Source: Candidatus Latescibacterota bacterium | Lineage (GTDB): Bacteria > Latescibacterota > UBA2968 > GCA-2709665 | Direction: 5' to 3' | NCBI GenBank assembly: GCA_965116875.1 | Contig: OZ220733.1 | Span: forward strand, 2,912,001 to 2,976,000 | Length of the DNA: 64,000 bases | Shown: positions 49,257 to 59,943 of the stretch, piece by piece | Numbering within the stretch: position 1 is the stretch's first letter | Layout of the letters: the number at the start of each line of letters is the position of its first letter | The notes under the pieces: model-generated | The model's input: only the letters and a program-made list of their open reading frames with translations | Databases searched by the model: none | Told to the model about the DNA's origin: nothing | Translations under genes and position numbers: made by a program

Positions 49257-50273
49257 TCACGATTGCTCGGCCATATCCTTCAGCCGGTTCAGCTGACTGT
49301 CGCTGCCCAGCGCGATGAGTACGTCGTCCTGGAAAATCGTGACGCCCGAGAGCCCCGCCGAATCCGCCGGATCGACCCGGGGTTTTCCGTCCGACCCCTG
49401 GATTCCCACGACAATCGCTCCCGTCCGCTGCCCGATGTCGGTCTCCTTCAGTTGTCTGCCTACGAGCGGAGACTCGTTGCCAATGTGGAACTGTTCGAGT
49501 CGCATCGCCGCCTCGCCCTCGCCCACGACCACGTCAAGAAAGTCCACGATCGACGGACGAAGTAGCGCCGACGCGATTCTCCGCCCCGCCAACTGGTAGG
49601 GCGACATCACCCGGTCGGCGCCTGCGGTCATCAGCTTTCCAATGGTCCGCTCCTCCGCCGCACGCGCGACAATCGTCAAATCGGGATTCGCCTGCCGCGC
49701 CGAAAGCACCACGAACACATTGAGCGCGTCCTCACGCAGCACGGCAATCAGGCCCTTTGCATTGTGGATGCCGGCTTCGACCAGCACCTCATCATCCTCC
49801 GCACGGCCCGCCACGAATAGGACGGTTTCGTCCCGCCCCAATTCGGAACGTTCCGGATCCTTATCCACGATCACGAAGGGCATGCCTGCCCGCTTCAGTT
49901 CCTGCGCCACCTCCTTGCCCACCACTCCGCCGCCACAGATGATGTAGTGATCTTTCAGGTTCGAGACCAGACGTTTCATTCTGCGCCCCCGCATTGCGTG
50001 GATAATCTGACCTTCGAAAACGAAACTGATAACGGTTGTCACCGAATACCCGACGGCCACAAAACTGAACATCAGAAACAGGATCGTGAATCGTTGACCC
50101 ATCGGCGAAAGCGGATGCACCTCGCCGTAGCCGACGGTCGTAATCGTAATCACCGTCATGTACAGACTTTCCCACAATTCCCATCCCTCAATCCAGACGT
50201 AGCCCAGCGTGCCGCCCAGCACCAGCAGTATCGGAACCATGAACGCAAGGGCAACGCGAAGAAGCGGCGACAT
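49257..50273 (-). CDS. Potassium channel with RCK (TrkA-N/TrkA-C) domains (MthK-like)
   Basis: TTVGYG selectivity filter; HYIICGGGVVG. Confidence 0.92.
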   Translation of the reverse strand: MSPLLRVALAFMVPILLVLGGTLGYVWIEGWELWESLYMTVITITTVGYGEVHPLSPMGQRFTILFLMFSFVAVGYSVTTVISFVFEGQIIHAMRGRRMKRLVSNLKDHYIICGGGVVGKEVAQELKRAGMPFVIVDKDPERSELGRDETVLFVAGRAEDDEVLVEAGIHNAKGLIAVLREDALNVFVVLSARQANPDLTIVARAAEERTIGKLMTAGADRVMSPYQLAGRRIASALLRPSIVDFLDVVVGEGEAAMRLEQFHIGNESPLVGRQLKETDIGQRTGAIVVGIQGSDGKPRVDPADSAGLSGVTIFQDDVLIALGSDSQLNRLKDMAEQS

Positions 50274-50433
50274 CTGGAAACTCCGGGAAGGAAACCGCCA
50301 ATCGGGAGCGGGTGACGGCGGGTACGACCGGGCTTCGCAAGCTGCGGCGTGCACACCGCGCGGTTCAGTCTCACGCGGTACGCCCATCGTGCAGGGTGAC
50401 GACGGCCGACTCAATCAACGAGGATGGGCTTGT

Positions 50434-51492
50434 TCAGGTACCCACGTCGGCATTGGCCACCAGGACCGGATCCGCGAGTCCGTAGGCGTTGTTCCGGACC
50501 CGGGTCTTTCCGTCCGACCGTACCGACAGTTCATCCGGTTGCTGGTAGAGCCAGTTGTGATGGATATCCACGCCCTCTTCGGGGACGCCCCGTATGACGA
50601 CGGCGGTTTCGGGACAGCGGAACGTGTTGTGATGCACCTTCATCCAGGTGCCCGCGACGTCAGTCCCGTCCTTACGGTCCCTGCCTCCGTGCATATCGAA
50701 ACAGTGGCTCAGCGATTCACCGATTTCCACGTTGTTCCGGGCCTCGTACCCGCTCCCCGATCTGCCCGTTCCCGCCAGTGAGTGCCGGTTGTAGTCGAAC
50801 CGGTTGTATTCGATCAACGAGAATGCCTCGTCGTGGCTCACTCCGTATCCCAGGCCGTTGTATTGGTTGTGATGGATGAAATTGTGGTGGACGTGATGTC
50901 CGTCTCCGGCGCTGAGATAGACCGCCGCGTGGCTCCAGCCCGCAAGCTCGCAGTTGTCCACTTCCAGCCCCGGCTGTCTGGTGGTGATCCCATTGGATGT
51001 TGGGAATTTATAATAATACTCGTGCCCCCTGCCTTCGCGGAACGACCGGTTGTGGTGTTCCAGGCACCGCTTGGGATTGGGGCCTTTTATGCGCAATCCG
51101 GAGACCCTCACATTCGGCCCCGTCACATGGATCAGGGGATTTGTATCGAACGTGTCGCTCAGGATCATCCCGCCGTCCGAACCGCCCACGCCCCTGTCGC
51201 TGGCGAGGGTGACGCCTTCGGGGATCTCCAGCACGATGGACTCGATATATACGCGTTCGGTGCAGTCGATTCCCGCCGCGCCGTCAATGTAGACCGCGTC
51301 TCCGGATTTCGCCTGCGCCAGCGCCTCGAGGAGGTCGTCCAGCGTCGAAACGGTGTCCGCCGGTGCGGATACCGCGCTTTCATATCCCTCGCCTCCACCG
51401 ATGGGGCCTCGTTCGTCTGCCCGTGCGCCGAATGCTACACCTTCGATTTCGATCCAGGTCTGTCCCAACGGTTCCATTTCGCTGCCGAACAT
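50434..51492 (-). CDS. Right-handed beta-helix protein, paralog 3 (no signal peptide)
   Basis: Shares PIGGGEGY, GVTLAS.RG, EVDNCEL.GWSHAA and FDMHGGRDR.DGTDVAG with the two lipoproteins. Confidence 0.8.
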   Translation of the reverse strand: MFGSEMEPLGQTWIEIEGVAFGARADERGPIGGGEGYESAVSAPADTVSTLDDLLEALAQAKSGDAVYIDGAAGIDCTERVYIESIVLEIPEGVTLASDRGVGGSDGGMILSDTFDTNPLIHVTGPNVRVSGLRIKGPNPKRCLEHHNRSFREGRGHEYYYKFPTSNGITTRQPGLEVDNCELAGWSHAAVYLSAGDGHHVHHNFIHHNQYNGLGYGVSHDEAFSLIEYNRFDYNRHSLAGTGRSGSGYEARNNVEIGESLSHCFDMHGGRDRKDGTDVAGTWMKVHHNTFRCPETAVVIRGVPEEGVDIHHNWLYQQPDELSVRSDGKTRVRNNAYGLADPVLVANADVGT

Positions 51493-51515
51493 CGCCAGCC
51501 TCCTTTTCAGTGCGG

Positions 51516-52478
51516 TTATTCACTCAGCGCTACCACGTAACCCTTTTTATTGTCCACCACGTTCAACAGCGGTTCGCCGTCCCGGAACCGCTGTATGTTT
51601 TCCAGAATCAGGCCGATCCGTCGATCCTCGATCCGGTCCGAGATTGCCGCAACGTGCGGGGTGATCATCACGTTCTCCATCGCCCACAGCGGATGCCCTT
51701 CCTGTAGCGGCTCTTCCTCGAAGACGTCCAGCCCGGCGCCCGCCAGTTCTCCCTTCTGCAGCGCCCGCGTCAGCGCGGCAAGGTCCACCACCTTTCCCCT
51801 GCCGATGTTGATGAAAATGGCGCTCGGTCTCATCGCCTTCAGCGCCGCGGCATCGATCATCCGGTCGGTCTCGCCGGTATGCGGGGCGCAGATGACGAAG
51901 AAATCCACCTCACCCAGCATCTCGTGCAGTTCGTTCACGCCGTAAATCCGCTCGACGTGGTCGGGGCGCGCTTTCGGCGCCGGATCCAGCGCCAGCACGC
52001 GCATGCCGAACGCATGGCCCCGTTCGGCAACCGCCAGCCCGATGCCGCCCAGGCCCAGCACGCCGAGGGTTGTGCCCGCCACGTGGATTACCGGTACGGC
52101 TTTTTTCTCCCATCGACCCTCCAGTTGACTCCGGAAATATGCCGGAATGCCCCTGGCCAGGGAAAGCAGCAGCGCAAACACGTGCTCCGCAATGACGTCG
52201 CTGTAGATCCCGCGCAGGTTGGTGACAGTGACCTTGCTTTCTCGCAACTCAGGGAAATAATAGCCGTCCAGCCCGGCGCTCGTTGCCTGAACCCACCGCA
52301 GCTTCTTTCCGGCGGACAGCAGCGACGGCGTCATGCGGCCGTAGTATGCGTCGGCATCTCCGATCAGATCCAGCGCCGCCGCCTCGGAATCCGCTTCGCA
52401 CGCCTCCACGTCCAGCTCCCTCACCCGTGCCATCCAATCCGGCTTGAACGCCGGCCAGAATACCATTTTCACAGCCAT
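51516..52478 (-). CDS. D-2-hydroxyacid dehydrogenase
   Basis: GLGGIG, INIGRG, LDVFEEEP, TPH. Confidence 0.92.
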   Translation of the reverse strand: MAVKMVFWPAFKPDWMARVRELDVEACEADSEAAALDLIGDADAYYGRMTPSLLSAGKKLRWVQATSAGLDGYYFPELRESKVTVTNLRGIYSDVIAEHVFALLLSLARGIPAYFRSQLEGRWEKKAVPVIHVAGTTLGVLGLGGIGLAVAERGHAFGMRVLALDPAPKARPDHVERIYGVNELHEMLGEVDFFVICAPHTGETDRMIDAAALKAMRPSAIFINIGRGKVVDLAALTRALQKGELAGAGLDVFEEEPLQEGHPLWAMENVMITPHVAAISDRIEDRRIGLILENIQRFRDGEPLLNVVDNKKGYVVALSE

Positions 52479-52479
52479 T

Positions 52480-53352
52480 TCATAGCTCCTCCACCGGAGT
52501 GTATTCACCCCTGTCGTCAATCGTGATGGTTGCCCAGACCTGCTCCGGGTCGTGGGGCCACGCCACCAGCCAGCCTTCGTCGGCCGCCTGATTCAACACC
52601 TGCTGCCGCACCGTGAACGTCTTCCTGGGATACAGGTCGAACGCCATGATGTAGACCGGGTGCACGTGATGTCGCGTGGGGACCAGGTCCCCAATGAAAC
52701 AGACGGTCCCGCCACCCGAATGTACCAGGACGGACTGATGCGCCTTCGTGTGCCCGGGCGTAAGAAAAACGCGCACGCCATGGCAGACCTCCACGTCGCC
52801 CTCCACAAGCTCCAGTACGCCCGCGCGTTCCAGCGGCAACAGGTCGGACGCGGCGTTGTACCCGTGAACGGTCTGCCGGTCCGCGCCAACGGCGTCTTCC
52901 CATTCCTGTCGTTGCACGATGTACCGGGCGTTCGGAAACGCGGGCTCATAACCGTTGTGGGTCCGAACCGTTGTCCCGCCCGCGTGGTCCATGTGAAGGT
53001 GGGTGAGTACCACCCGGTCCACCGCCTCCGGCGCAACGCCCGCATCAGCCAGCGCTTCGATTACTCCCCGGGAGGGGTCCACGCCATAGATGTCCCGGTA
53101 CTTCCCGGACAGCTTCTCGGCGCCGACGCCGGTTTCAACCAGAACGGTCTCCGCCGCTGTCTCCACCAGCAGGCAGGTCAGGCCGAGTTGGATCCGGTTC
53201 CGCCCGTCCGGCGGGATCTTCTTTTCCCAGATCGACCGGGGGACCACGCCGAACATCGTCCCCCCGTCGAGACGGAGTCGCCCCGCGTCCAGCGCGGTTA
53301 CGCGGATGTCCCCGATCGTCCTCGAATCGACCTTTCGATTGGATTCGCTCAC
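52480..53352 (-). CDS. MBL-fold metallo-hydrolase (YtnP-like)
   Basis: LDGGTMFGVVP, THLHMDH, PGHT, HDP. Confidence 0.9.
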   Translation of the reverse strand: MSESNRKVDSRTIGDIRVTALDAGRLRLDGGTMFGVVPRSIWEKKIPPDGRNRIQLGLTCLLVETAAETVLVETGVGAEKLSGKYRDIYGVDPSRGVIEALADAGVAPEAVDRVVLTHLHMDHAGGTTVRTHNGYEPAFPNARYIVQRQEWEDAVGADRQTVHGYNAASDLLPLERAGVLELVEGDVEVCHGVRVFLTPGHTKAHQSVLVHSGGGTVCFIGDLVPTRHHVHPVYIMAFDLYPRKTFTVRQQVLNQAADEGWLVAWPHDPEQVWATITIDDRGEYTPVEEL

Positions 53353-53415
53353 CTGACTCCAATGTTGAAGTGGCTAAGTCCTGACACCGGTTTCCAACAA
53401 GGATTCGTGCATTTG

Positions 53416-53592
53416 ACCTCATTTCAAACAAGGACAAAGGTCAAATTGGCCACAAAAAGCCTGAAAGCGGGGAGACGTTAGAGGTGAGACGGGAGAAGAA
53501 GTCCATGCCCTGTATGTTCTTTCTTCTTGCCTTCGGCACGAGAAGAATCCTCACGAGGCAGGTAATCTCTACCCTCTTCCGTCTCACGTCTT
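53416..53592 (+). repeat. Family H repeat copy F with an extended left arm directly repeated at 62533
   Basis: ACCTCA..GTCAAATTGGCCACAA..AGCCTGAA.GCGGG; TGCCTTCGGCA at 53528-53538. Confidence 0.75.
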
Positions 53593-54158
53593 CCTGCTTC
53601 TGGGGCGCCGGAGGGAGAGATCCCGTTCACGTCCAGCGACCTGGTGTATCCTGGGTATCCGCAGTTGAATCGCCTTTATCAACGTGAGCATATACGAATT
53701 AACGTGACCGAAACACGACGAATCCAGGTTGACCGCAGTCATTATGCAAGCATCGTTCGCTGGATGTCAAGCGCAAAAACAGCGCCGGTATCCACGTTCG
53801 GCGTTGTAAACGCGACCGGCGCAGACAGACCGACAATCCTGCTGTTAGCGGACATGCCGGCTTTCCCCGTCCTTCGATCACTGACTCTTCCAGATTACGC
53901 AGCCGGATTTTCACGTAGTCCGTATCGGCGTTTGGCGATGCTCCGTTTTCCGTCAATATGAGTTTCAGTCCACAATTGACCTGCGTTAATGTAGAATGCT
54001 ATTGCGTCCGACAGGCATCCGATATGTCGATATGACACGGACTTCAGCAGATTTTTTTTAGGATTCGGGATCGGGGGTCACTATTATGATAGGAGCAGGG
54101 ATCGATTCACGAACCTTTGGCAAGGTGCCCAAACAGATCCCTGTAATGTGGAGGTTGT

Positions 54159-55463
54159 ATGGACGTGGCAGACAGCATATTTGTCAGGCGAGTCTTGTCG
54201 GGCGACAAAGACGCTTTCGAACCGCTTGTTGAACGTTACAAGGGGATGGTGTACGCTCAGGTCGTGGGAAGGACGGGAAATTTCGACTCTGCGGAGGACA
54301 TCGTCCAGGCGACTTTCGTAGAGGCATATCGGCAATTGAAATCCTTGAGAGACCCTGCCAGATTTCGCGCGTGGGTTCGGGGTATCGCTATGAATCTTTC
54401 CCGGGAATGGAATCGGAAACGCAAGCAGAACGTACCGATTGAGGATATGGACAGTTCACAGGACGCGGCGGTTTATGACAAGGTTCTGCCGGATACACTC
54501 GTTGAACTGCCCGCGCCGCCGGACAGAGAGTTTGAAGCGGAAGAAACACGAGACTACGTGTTTCGTGCGGTCGAACGACTTCCGGAAAAGTATCGAGAGG
54601 TCGTGCTCCTTCACTACATGGAGGGGTTGAAGTACAGGGAAATCGCCGAGATGCTGGAAGTACCCGAAAGCACCGTGCTTGGCAGGCTTCAGGTGGGCCG
54701 CGACCAGCTTCGCGAAGATCTGATGCCGATCGTCGAGGAGACATTGAAGGAGCGCCAACCGACGTCTGAACTGACGAAAAAGGTAATGGCCGCACTGCCG
54801 CCGCTGCTCCTGTTGACTCCGGATTCGATCTGGGCAAGTGCAAAGCGGTTCTTTTCCCGAAGTCCGTACTGGCGAACCGGAGGTATTCTGACTGCAGCAG
54901 TTGTTGGAACGGGGATATACTATTCCGGATTCGTCGCCATTGTCCAATGGGAGAACGGCTCAGTTTCGTCACCGAAGCCGGAGGCGACCGCCGAGCAGAT
55001 GACAATCGAAATAGAAAGGGACGACCCGTCCAACCCCGTCAACCGGCCCAAACAGGCGGAAGTTGCCCTTCAGCAAAACGCTACGAAAGGAAGAGCAGAT
55101 GGGCAGACCGAAAGTGCCGACACCACAAGATTCACGCAGCAACGGAAAGCTTCAACAGACAGTCCTGCCAAGCCAACGCTGACACTGTCCGATTCGCCGG
55201 CGGATTCCGTGTTAACGATTGCCTACACAATTCCTGACTCCGCATTTAAGGATTCCGTGCACGTTGGGCTCAAAGTCTACAATATGTCTGGAATGCTGGC
55301 TGCATTGCTTGTAGACGACATCCAGAGGGTGGGAAGTCATACGTTACTACTCGAAAAACGTCGCCTGTCGGACGGCGTTTATATTGTCGATCTCAAGTTA
55401 AACCGGTCTAGAACGCATGCCGCGCAGAAGACATTTAGTCTTTTTTGGGCGGACAGACGTTAA
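54159..55463 (+). CDS. ECF sigma factor with C-terminal extension (TM helix plus FlgD/Ig-like domain)
   Basis: AEDIVQATF, FRAWVRGIA, EIAEMLEVPESTVLGRL; TM GILTAAVVGTGIYY; tail IAYTIP...LKVYNMSG..LVD...GVYIVDL. Confidence 0.85.
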   Translation: MDVADSIFVRRVLSGDKDAFEPLVERYKGMVYAQVVGRTGNFDSAEDIVQATFVEAYRQLKSLRDPARFRAWVRGIAMNLSREWNRKRKQNVPIEDMDSSQDAAVYDKVLPDTLVELPAPPDREFEAEETRDYVFRAVERLPEKYREVVLLHYMEGLKYREIAEMLEVPESTVLGRLQVGRDQLREDLMPIVEETLKERQPTSELTKKVMAALPPLLLLTPDSIWASAKRFFSRSPYWRTGGILTAAVVGTGIYYSGFVAIVQWENGSVSSPKPEATAEQMTIEIERDDPSNPVNRPKQAEVALQQNATKGRADGQTESADTTRFTQQRKASTDSPAKPTLTLSDSPADSVLTIAYTIPDSAFKDSVHVGLKVYNMSGMLAALLVDDIQRVGSHTLLLEKRRLSDGVYIVDLKLNRSRTHAAQKTFSLFWADRR

Positions 55464-55475
55464 TAGGAGGCCCGA

Positions 55476-56834
55476 ATGTTGACATCAATGTTAGAAATGA
55501 AGTATCGAAGTCGTCTTATGGAAATCGCTGTTCTGGTTCTGATTGCGATATTTCTGAGCTCGGACGCTTATGCAGGCGCACCGACTTATTCCAGGGAGGA
55601 ACAACGGCGCTTTTCAAAGGCGACAATGAAGCTTGCACGCGCAGAAGAAACAGAAGAGCACTGGGATGGGATACTCGCACTCGAAGCATTCCGCACAGAA
55701 TATCCGCAGACGAATTTGAAGGTAGATGCGCTGCAGTGGCTGTTTGTTCACTACAGCATGGTTGTCGATGATCCTGTGTTCCTCCTTCGCCTGGCTGAGG
55801 AAGCCATTGCGTTACAGCCGAATCGAAACGGTCTATACAGAAAGATAGTTACGACTTTTATTGACAAGGAGATTTTCCCGAGTCAAACCCTTATTTTCGC
55901 GCAAAAGTCACTGGCAATCGCGGAGAGCTTACATACCAATTCAGGTGACGGTTACCAGCGAGGTATTCTCCAAAGACAAGGAATGTTGAGCCAGGCTTTT
56001 CAGATGGCGAATCAGCCAGAGGAGGCATTGAAGGTAATCCAGCACAGCTTGCAGCAGGCGGAGGCGCTGCCTGTGACGGCCTTCCCGGATCAGGCAACCC
56101 GCCAGACAACCGTAGACGGGATTCGGCTGGATCTGCTGAGGCTCTACATCAAACAGCGCCGATGGAATCCTGCGTATGAACAGGCATGTGACCTTCTGAA
56201 GAGATCGGTGAACCGCGAACCCGTCTACGAACTCTGGAGCAGAGCGTATGTCGGGAAGTTCGGTTCTGCGGAGGGGATTATCAATGTTTACGCGGACCTG
56301 AAGGCCGAGATTGAAGAAATGCGCAAAGCCCGGATGGTTGAAAAACGCGTGAGGCGACCGGCGCCGATGTTCACATTGAAGACCTTGAATGATGAGACAG
56401 TGAGTTTGGAATTGAAGACCTTGACTGATGAATCAACGAGTTTGGAAGCGTTAAAAGGGAAGGTCGTGTTGATTAATTTCTGGGCCAGTTGGTGCGGTCC
56501 ATGTCTTGAGGAATTGCCTCAACTCGAAGCGCTGACGCGTATATTTAAACCGGAGTCGGTAGCGTTTCTGGCCGTCAATCTGGATACGCATGACGAGGAG
56601 GAGTATCGGAAGGATCTGGTGTTGAGCACAAAGGCGCGGTTGGCGCCCAGCATGACTTATCTGATGGGCAATGATGAAGTGAGGCGTGAATTCGGTTTCG
56701 ATAAAATACCGTATACGTGTATTGTGGATCGAGACGGGCACATCCGTTACGAAAAAACCGGCCTGAGCAGCGATTTCAAGGCATCCATCAAAGATCAGTT
56801 GACGTGGGTGATTGGATTATCCAAGACTGAATGA
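55476..56834 (+). CDS. Secreted TPR-like + TlpA/ResA disulfide reductase
   Basis: Signal peptide; INFWASWCGPC; IPYTCIVDRDG. Confidence 0.88.
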   Translation: MLTSMLEMKYRSRLMEIAVLVLIAIFLSSDAYAGAPTYSREEQRRFSKATMKLARAEETEEHWDGILALEAFRTEYPQTNLKVDALQWLFVHYSMVVDDPVFLLRLAEEAIALQPNRNGLYRKIVTTFIDKEIFPSQTLIFAQKSLAIAESLHTNSGDGYQRGILQRQGMLSQAFQMANQPEEALKVIQHSLQQAEALPVTAFPDQATRQTTVDGIRLDLLRLYIKQRRWNPAYEQACDLLKRSVNREPVYELWSRAYVGKFGSAEGIINVYADLKAEIEEMRKARMVEKRVRRPAPMFTLKTLNDETVSLELKTLTDESTSLEALKGKVVLINFWASWCGPCLEELPQLEALTRIFKPESVAFLAVNLDTHDEEEYRKDLVLSTKARLAPSMTYLMGNDEVRREFGFDKIPYTCIVDRDGHIRYEKTGLSSDFKASIKDQLTWVIGLSKTE

Positions 56835-57144
56835 CGGAGGGTCGTTGGGCTGGGATTCGTGAATGGATAAGGCGCAGCGAATAGCGGATTCCGTTTCTGA
56901 TATTTCGTTGACATTTACGCTCCTGAGAGTAGGGACTCGGGAGCGTTTCCTGTTTACGACCGTCGTCACCTGTATTTGCACTGTCAATAAACCTTGTTTA
57001 TATTGAAATTAGTCCAACTGATGTTTCTGCGGACTATTGAGTGAGCCGGTAGGGTTTCTCAGATAAGACTTCAGTCCCGCGCGCTCGATCCGGAATCTGA
57101 ACGTGATATTCAAGAAGCATTAGAAACCGGAATGGAGAACACAA

Positions 57145-58320
57145 TTGAGCAGGGTTCGCGCCTATATTGAATCGAGCCCAACATCTCCTGTGCCCATCTT
57201 TCTGATCGCTGCCGCGCTTATGGTGGGTACCATTGCCGGGTGCGGATGGACCGGCGTTGTGGATGAGATTCCGGATGAACAGCACATTCCCGAAAGGACA
57301 ATACGAAATGCAGGGAAAGTAGCGCTTGAAATGCGAGAAAGCGTCGAGCTTGTGTTTGATGAGGACATGCCAGAGATTCGGGATGTTGAGTGGATAGGTA
57401 TTTCACCTGAGGGCACCTTGTTGGTTACCGACCGTGAAAACCATCAGGCGCACGAAATCAACTACCGGGACTTAGAGTACATTCGCTCATTCGGGCGTAC
57501 AGGCAGAGGTCTAGGGGAGCATTTGTCGGCTGACAATATGACGATAGATCCTGAGGGCAGGGTCTATCTCCTGGATGGAGTTCAAGGGCAGATCCTGCGA
57601 TTTGATCGCAAGGGCCGATTCCTGGATCGGACCCAATCTGTCGGGGTATCGAAGATTCACGCGGGTCGCAATGATGGGGTATTTTTTCTACGCGTAAACT
57701 CAAGCCTTATCATGGAATTACAGCGCCGGGACCCGTCGACGTGGGGCGTTTTGAGCCGTACACCGCTTTCCGATCCAAAACAGAGTTATGTGTCGTTTCG
57801 GATGAGGTATCTCGCAAAGTTGTGCTATAACGCGTCATTGCAGGTGTTTTATTATCTGGGCCCGAATGACTACATGGTCAAAGAGATCGATGCGGTAACA
57901 GGTGAGATTACGGCGAAATTCGGCCGGCGACCCAACGGGTTCGTTGCCGTGCCCGATCTCTACCACCATATCGGGCGCGGAACTTTTGATGAATTGACAC
58001 CTTTGGATATTACCACTGTAGGATCTATGACACTGGTTGAGGATCGATATCTATTCGTCTCACACGACCACCCGGAAACTTTAACGAGGGAATGGGTCGT
58101 CTATATGATAAACCCGTCCGGGACGTTCGAAGTGTTCGATCTGGATGACGTTACGATTGGACGCCTTCGCCAATTCAGCGGCCATGGCGGTGTGCCGGGG
58201 ATGGGAGCCATCACCGCCGCGAAGGAATCCATATATATCTGGAGGCCGCCTCGCAGCGAGGTTGCGGACAAATCCATCGGTACGATAGAAGAATATGCGG
58301 TTGTGTCGGGCCTGAACTAA
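57145..58320 (+). CDS. 6-bladed beta-propeller (NHL/TolB-like) lipoprotein, paralog 1
   Basis: Lipobox IAGC; SFGRTGRG.GE; DPEGRVYLLD. Confidence 0.8.
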   Translation: MSRVRAYIESSPTSPVPIFLIAAALMVGTIAGCGWTGVVDEIPDEQHIPERTIRNAGKVALEMRESVELVFDEDMPEIRDVEWIGISPEGTLLVTDRENHQAHEINYRDLEYIRSFGRTGRGLGEHLSADNMTIDPEGRVYLLDGVQGQILRFDRKGRFLDRTQSVGVSKIHAGRNDGVFFLRVNSSLIMELQRRDPSTWGVLSRTPLSDPKQSYVSFRMRYLAKLCYNASLQVFYYLGPNDYMVKEIDAVTGEITAKFGRRPNGFVAVPDLYHHIGRGTFDELTPLDITTVGSMTLVEDRYLFVSHDHPETLTREWVVYMINPSGTFEVFDLDDVTIGRLRQFSGHGGVPGMGAITAAKESIYIWRPPRSEVADKSIGTIEEYAVVSGLN

Positions 58321-58549
58321 GAAGGGTCGCCGGGGCACTCAGGGATTTCGCGAAGAGTTCATTTCATTTGTCATCCAGGCTGTCAGCACGCGATCTGCGG
58401 GTCGATGTGTCTATGCGAATCGAAATTGCCATCGCCGCTGTTTTCGGTCGCGCGCCGACAATGCGGCAAGCCGTTTGAAGGCTGTGGGTTGCAACCGAAG
58501 GGTCCGTCGAGGACGGCGGCAAGGAACACTCAATGAAGGGAGAACACCA

Positions 58550-59719
58550 ATGAGTATGGTTCGTGTGTACACTTATTTGTGCTCGATATTTCCTGTTCGC
58601 GTCTTTTGGATCGCTGGCGCGCTCATCGTGGGTACTATTGCCGGGTGCGGAGGGGATCGGGTCTTGGAAGGGGTATCGGATGACGAGCGCATTCCCGAGA
58701 AGCAACTGCGATATGCTGGGAAAGTGGCGCTTGAATTGCAAGAAACCCTCGAGCTTGGGTTTGATCAGGACATGCCCGGGATCGGGCTTGTTCGTTGGAT
58801 GGGTATTTCACCTGAGGGCACCTTGTTGGTTACAGACTTTGAAAGCCATCGGGCGCACGAAATCAACTACCGGGACAACAGGTACATTCGCTCATTCGGG
58901 CGTACAGGCAGAGGTCCCGGGGAGCATTTGTCGGCTGAAAATATGACGATAGATCCTGAGGGCAGGGTCTATCTCCTGGATCCGGCTCAAGGGCAGGTCC
59001 TCCGGTTTGATCGCATGGGCCAATTTCTGGATCGGGCCAAATCTACCGGTGCATCGAAGATCCATGCCGGTCGCACAGGAGAGATATTTACTCTTCGTGT
59101 AAACTCAAGTCTTATCATGGAATTGCAGCGCCAGGACCAGGCGACGTGGGAAGTCTTAAGCAGTACACCGCTTTCCATTCGAAAGCAGAGTTTTGTGTCG
59201 TTTCGGTATAGAAGTGCGGCGCAGTTGTGCTATAACGCTTCGCTGCAGGTGTTTTATCATCTTGGCCCGAATGACTACATGATCAAAGAGATCGACGCGG
59301 GAACAGGTGAGATTACGGCGAAATTCGGCCGGCGCCCGAATGGATTCGTTGCGTTGCCCGATCGCTACCACGATATCGGGCGTGGAACCCTAGACGATTT
59401 GGAACAACTGGATTTTTCCCTTGTAGGATCAATGACATTGATCAGGGATCAATATCTATTGGTTTCATACGACCATCCAGGATCTCGAAGGTGGGAATGG
59501 GTCATGTATATGATAAATCCGTCCGGGTCGCTTGATGTGTTTGATCTGGATGACGTTACGAGTGGACTCTTTCAGCCGTTCAGCCACGACGGTGTGGATA
59601 TGGGAGCCATCACGGCCGCGCAAGAATTCCTATATATTTGGAGACCACCTCGTAGGCGAGTTGCTGACAGATCCATCGGTACGATAGAGAAATACGCGGT
59701 TATGTTGCACCGGAACTGA
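58550..59719 (+). CDS. 6-bladed beta-propeller lipoprotein, paralog 2
   Basis: Same motifs; start placed after GGGAG, aligned with paralog 1. Confidence 0.8.
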   Translation: MSMVRVYTYLCSIFPVRVFWIAGALIVGTIAGCGGDRVLEGVSDDERIPEKQLRYAGKVALELQETLELGFDQDMPGIGLVRWMGISPEGTLLVTDFESHRAHEINYRDNRYIRSFGRTGRGPGEHLSAENMTIDPEGRVYLLDPAQGQVLRFDRMGQFLDRAKSTGASKIHAGRTGEIFTLRVNSSLIMELQRQDQATWEVLSSTPLSIRKQSFVSFRYRSAAQLCYNASLQVFYHLGPNDYMIKEIDAGTGEITAKFGRRPNGFVALPDRYHDIGRGTLDDLEQLDFSLVGSMTLIRDQYLLVSYDHPGSRRWEWVMYMINPSGSLDVFDLDDVTSGLFQPFSHDGVDMGAITAAQEFLYIWRPPRRRVADRSIGTIEKYAVMLHRN

Positions 59720-59943
59720 GAAAGGTCGCCGGGCCAATCAGGGTTTTCGAGTTGATTTCAATCATCCGCCGGACCGTCAGTGAGCGATACGGAGCCGATT
59801 TGTCAACAACGAGTTGTACTCGCGATCGCCGCTGTTTTCGGTCGCGCGCCGACAATGCGGCAAGCCGTTTGAAGGCCGTGGGTTGGAACCGAAGGGTCCG
59901 TCGAGGACGGCGGCAAGGAACACTCGATGAGGGGTGGACACCA

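Noticed and set aside
53687-54000. Possible ~310-bp MITE with AGCAT..ATTAACG ends, echoing 19777-19858
   Set aside because: The inverted-repeat match is short and imperfect; it cannot be supported without a genome-wide search.
54108-54140. ECF autoregulatory promoter (GAACCT-N16) or sigma54 site
   Set aside because: The -10 element does not fit a consensus and the TTGC of a sigma54 site is absent.
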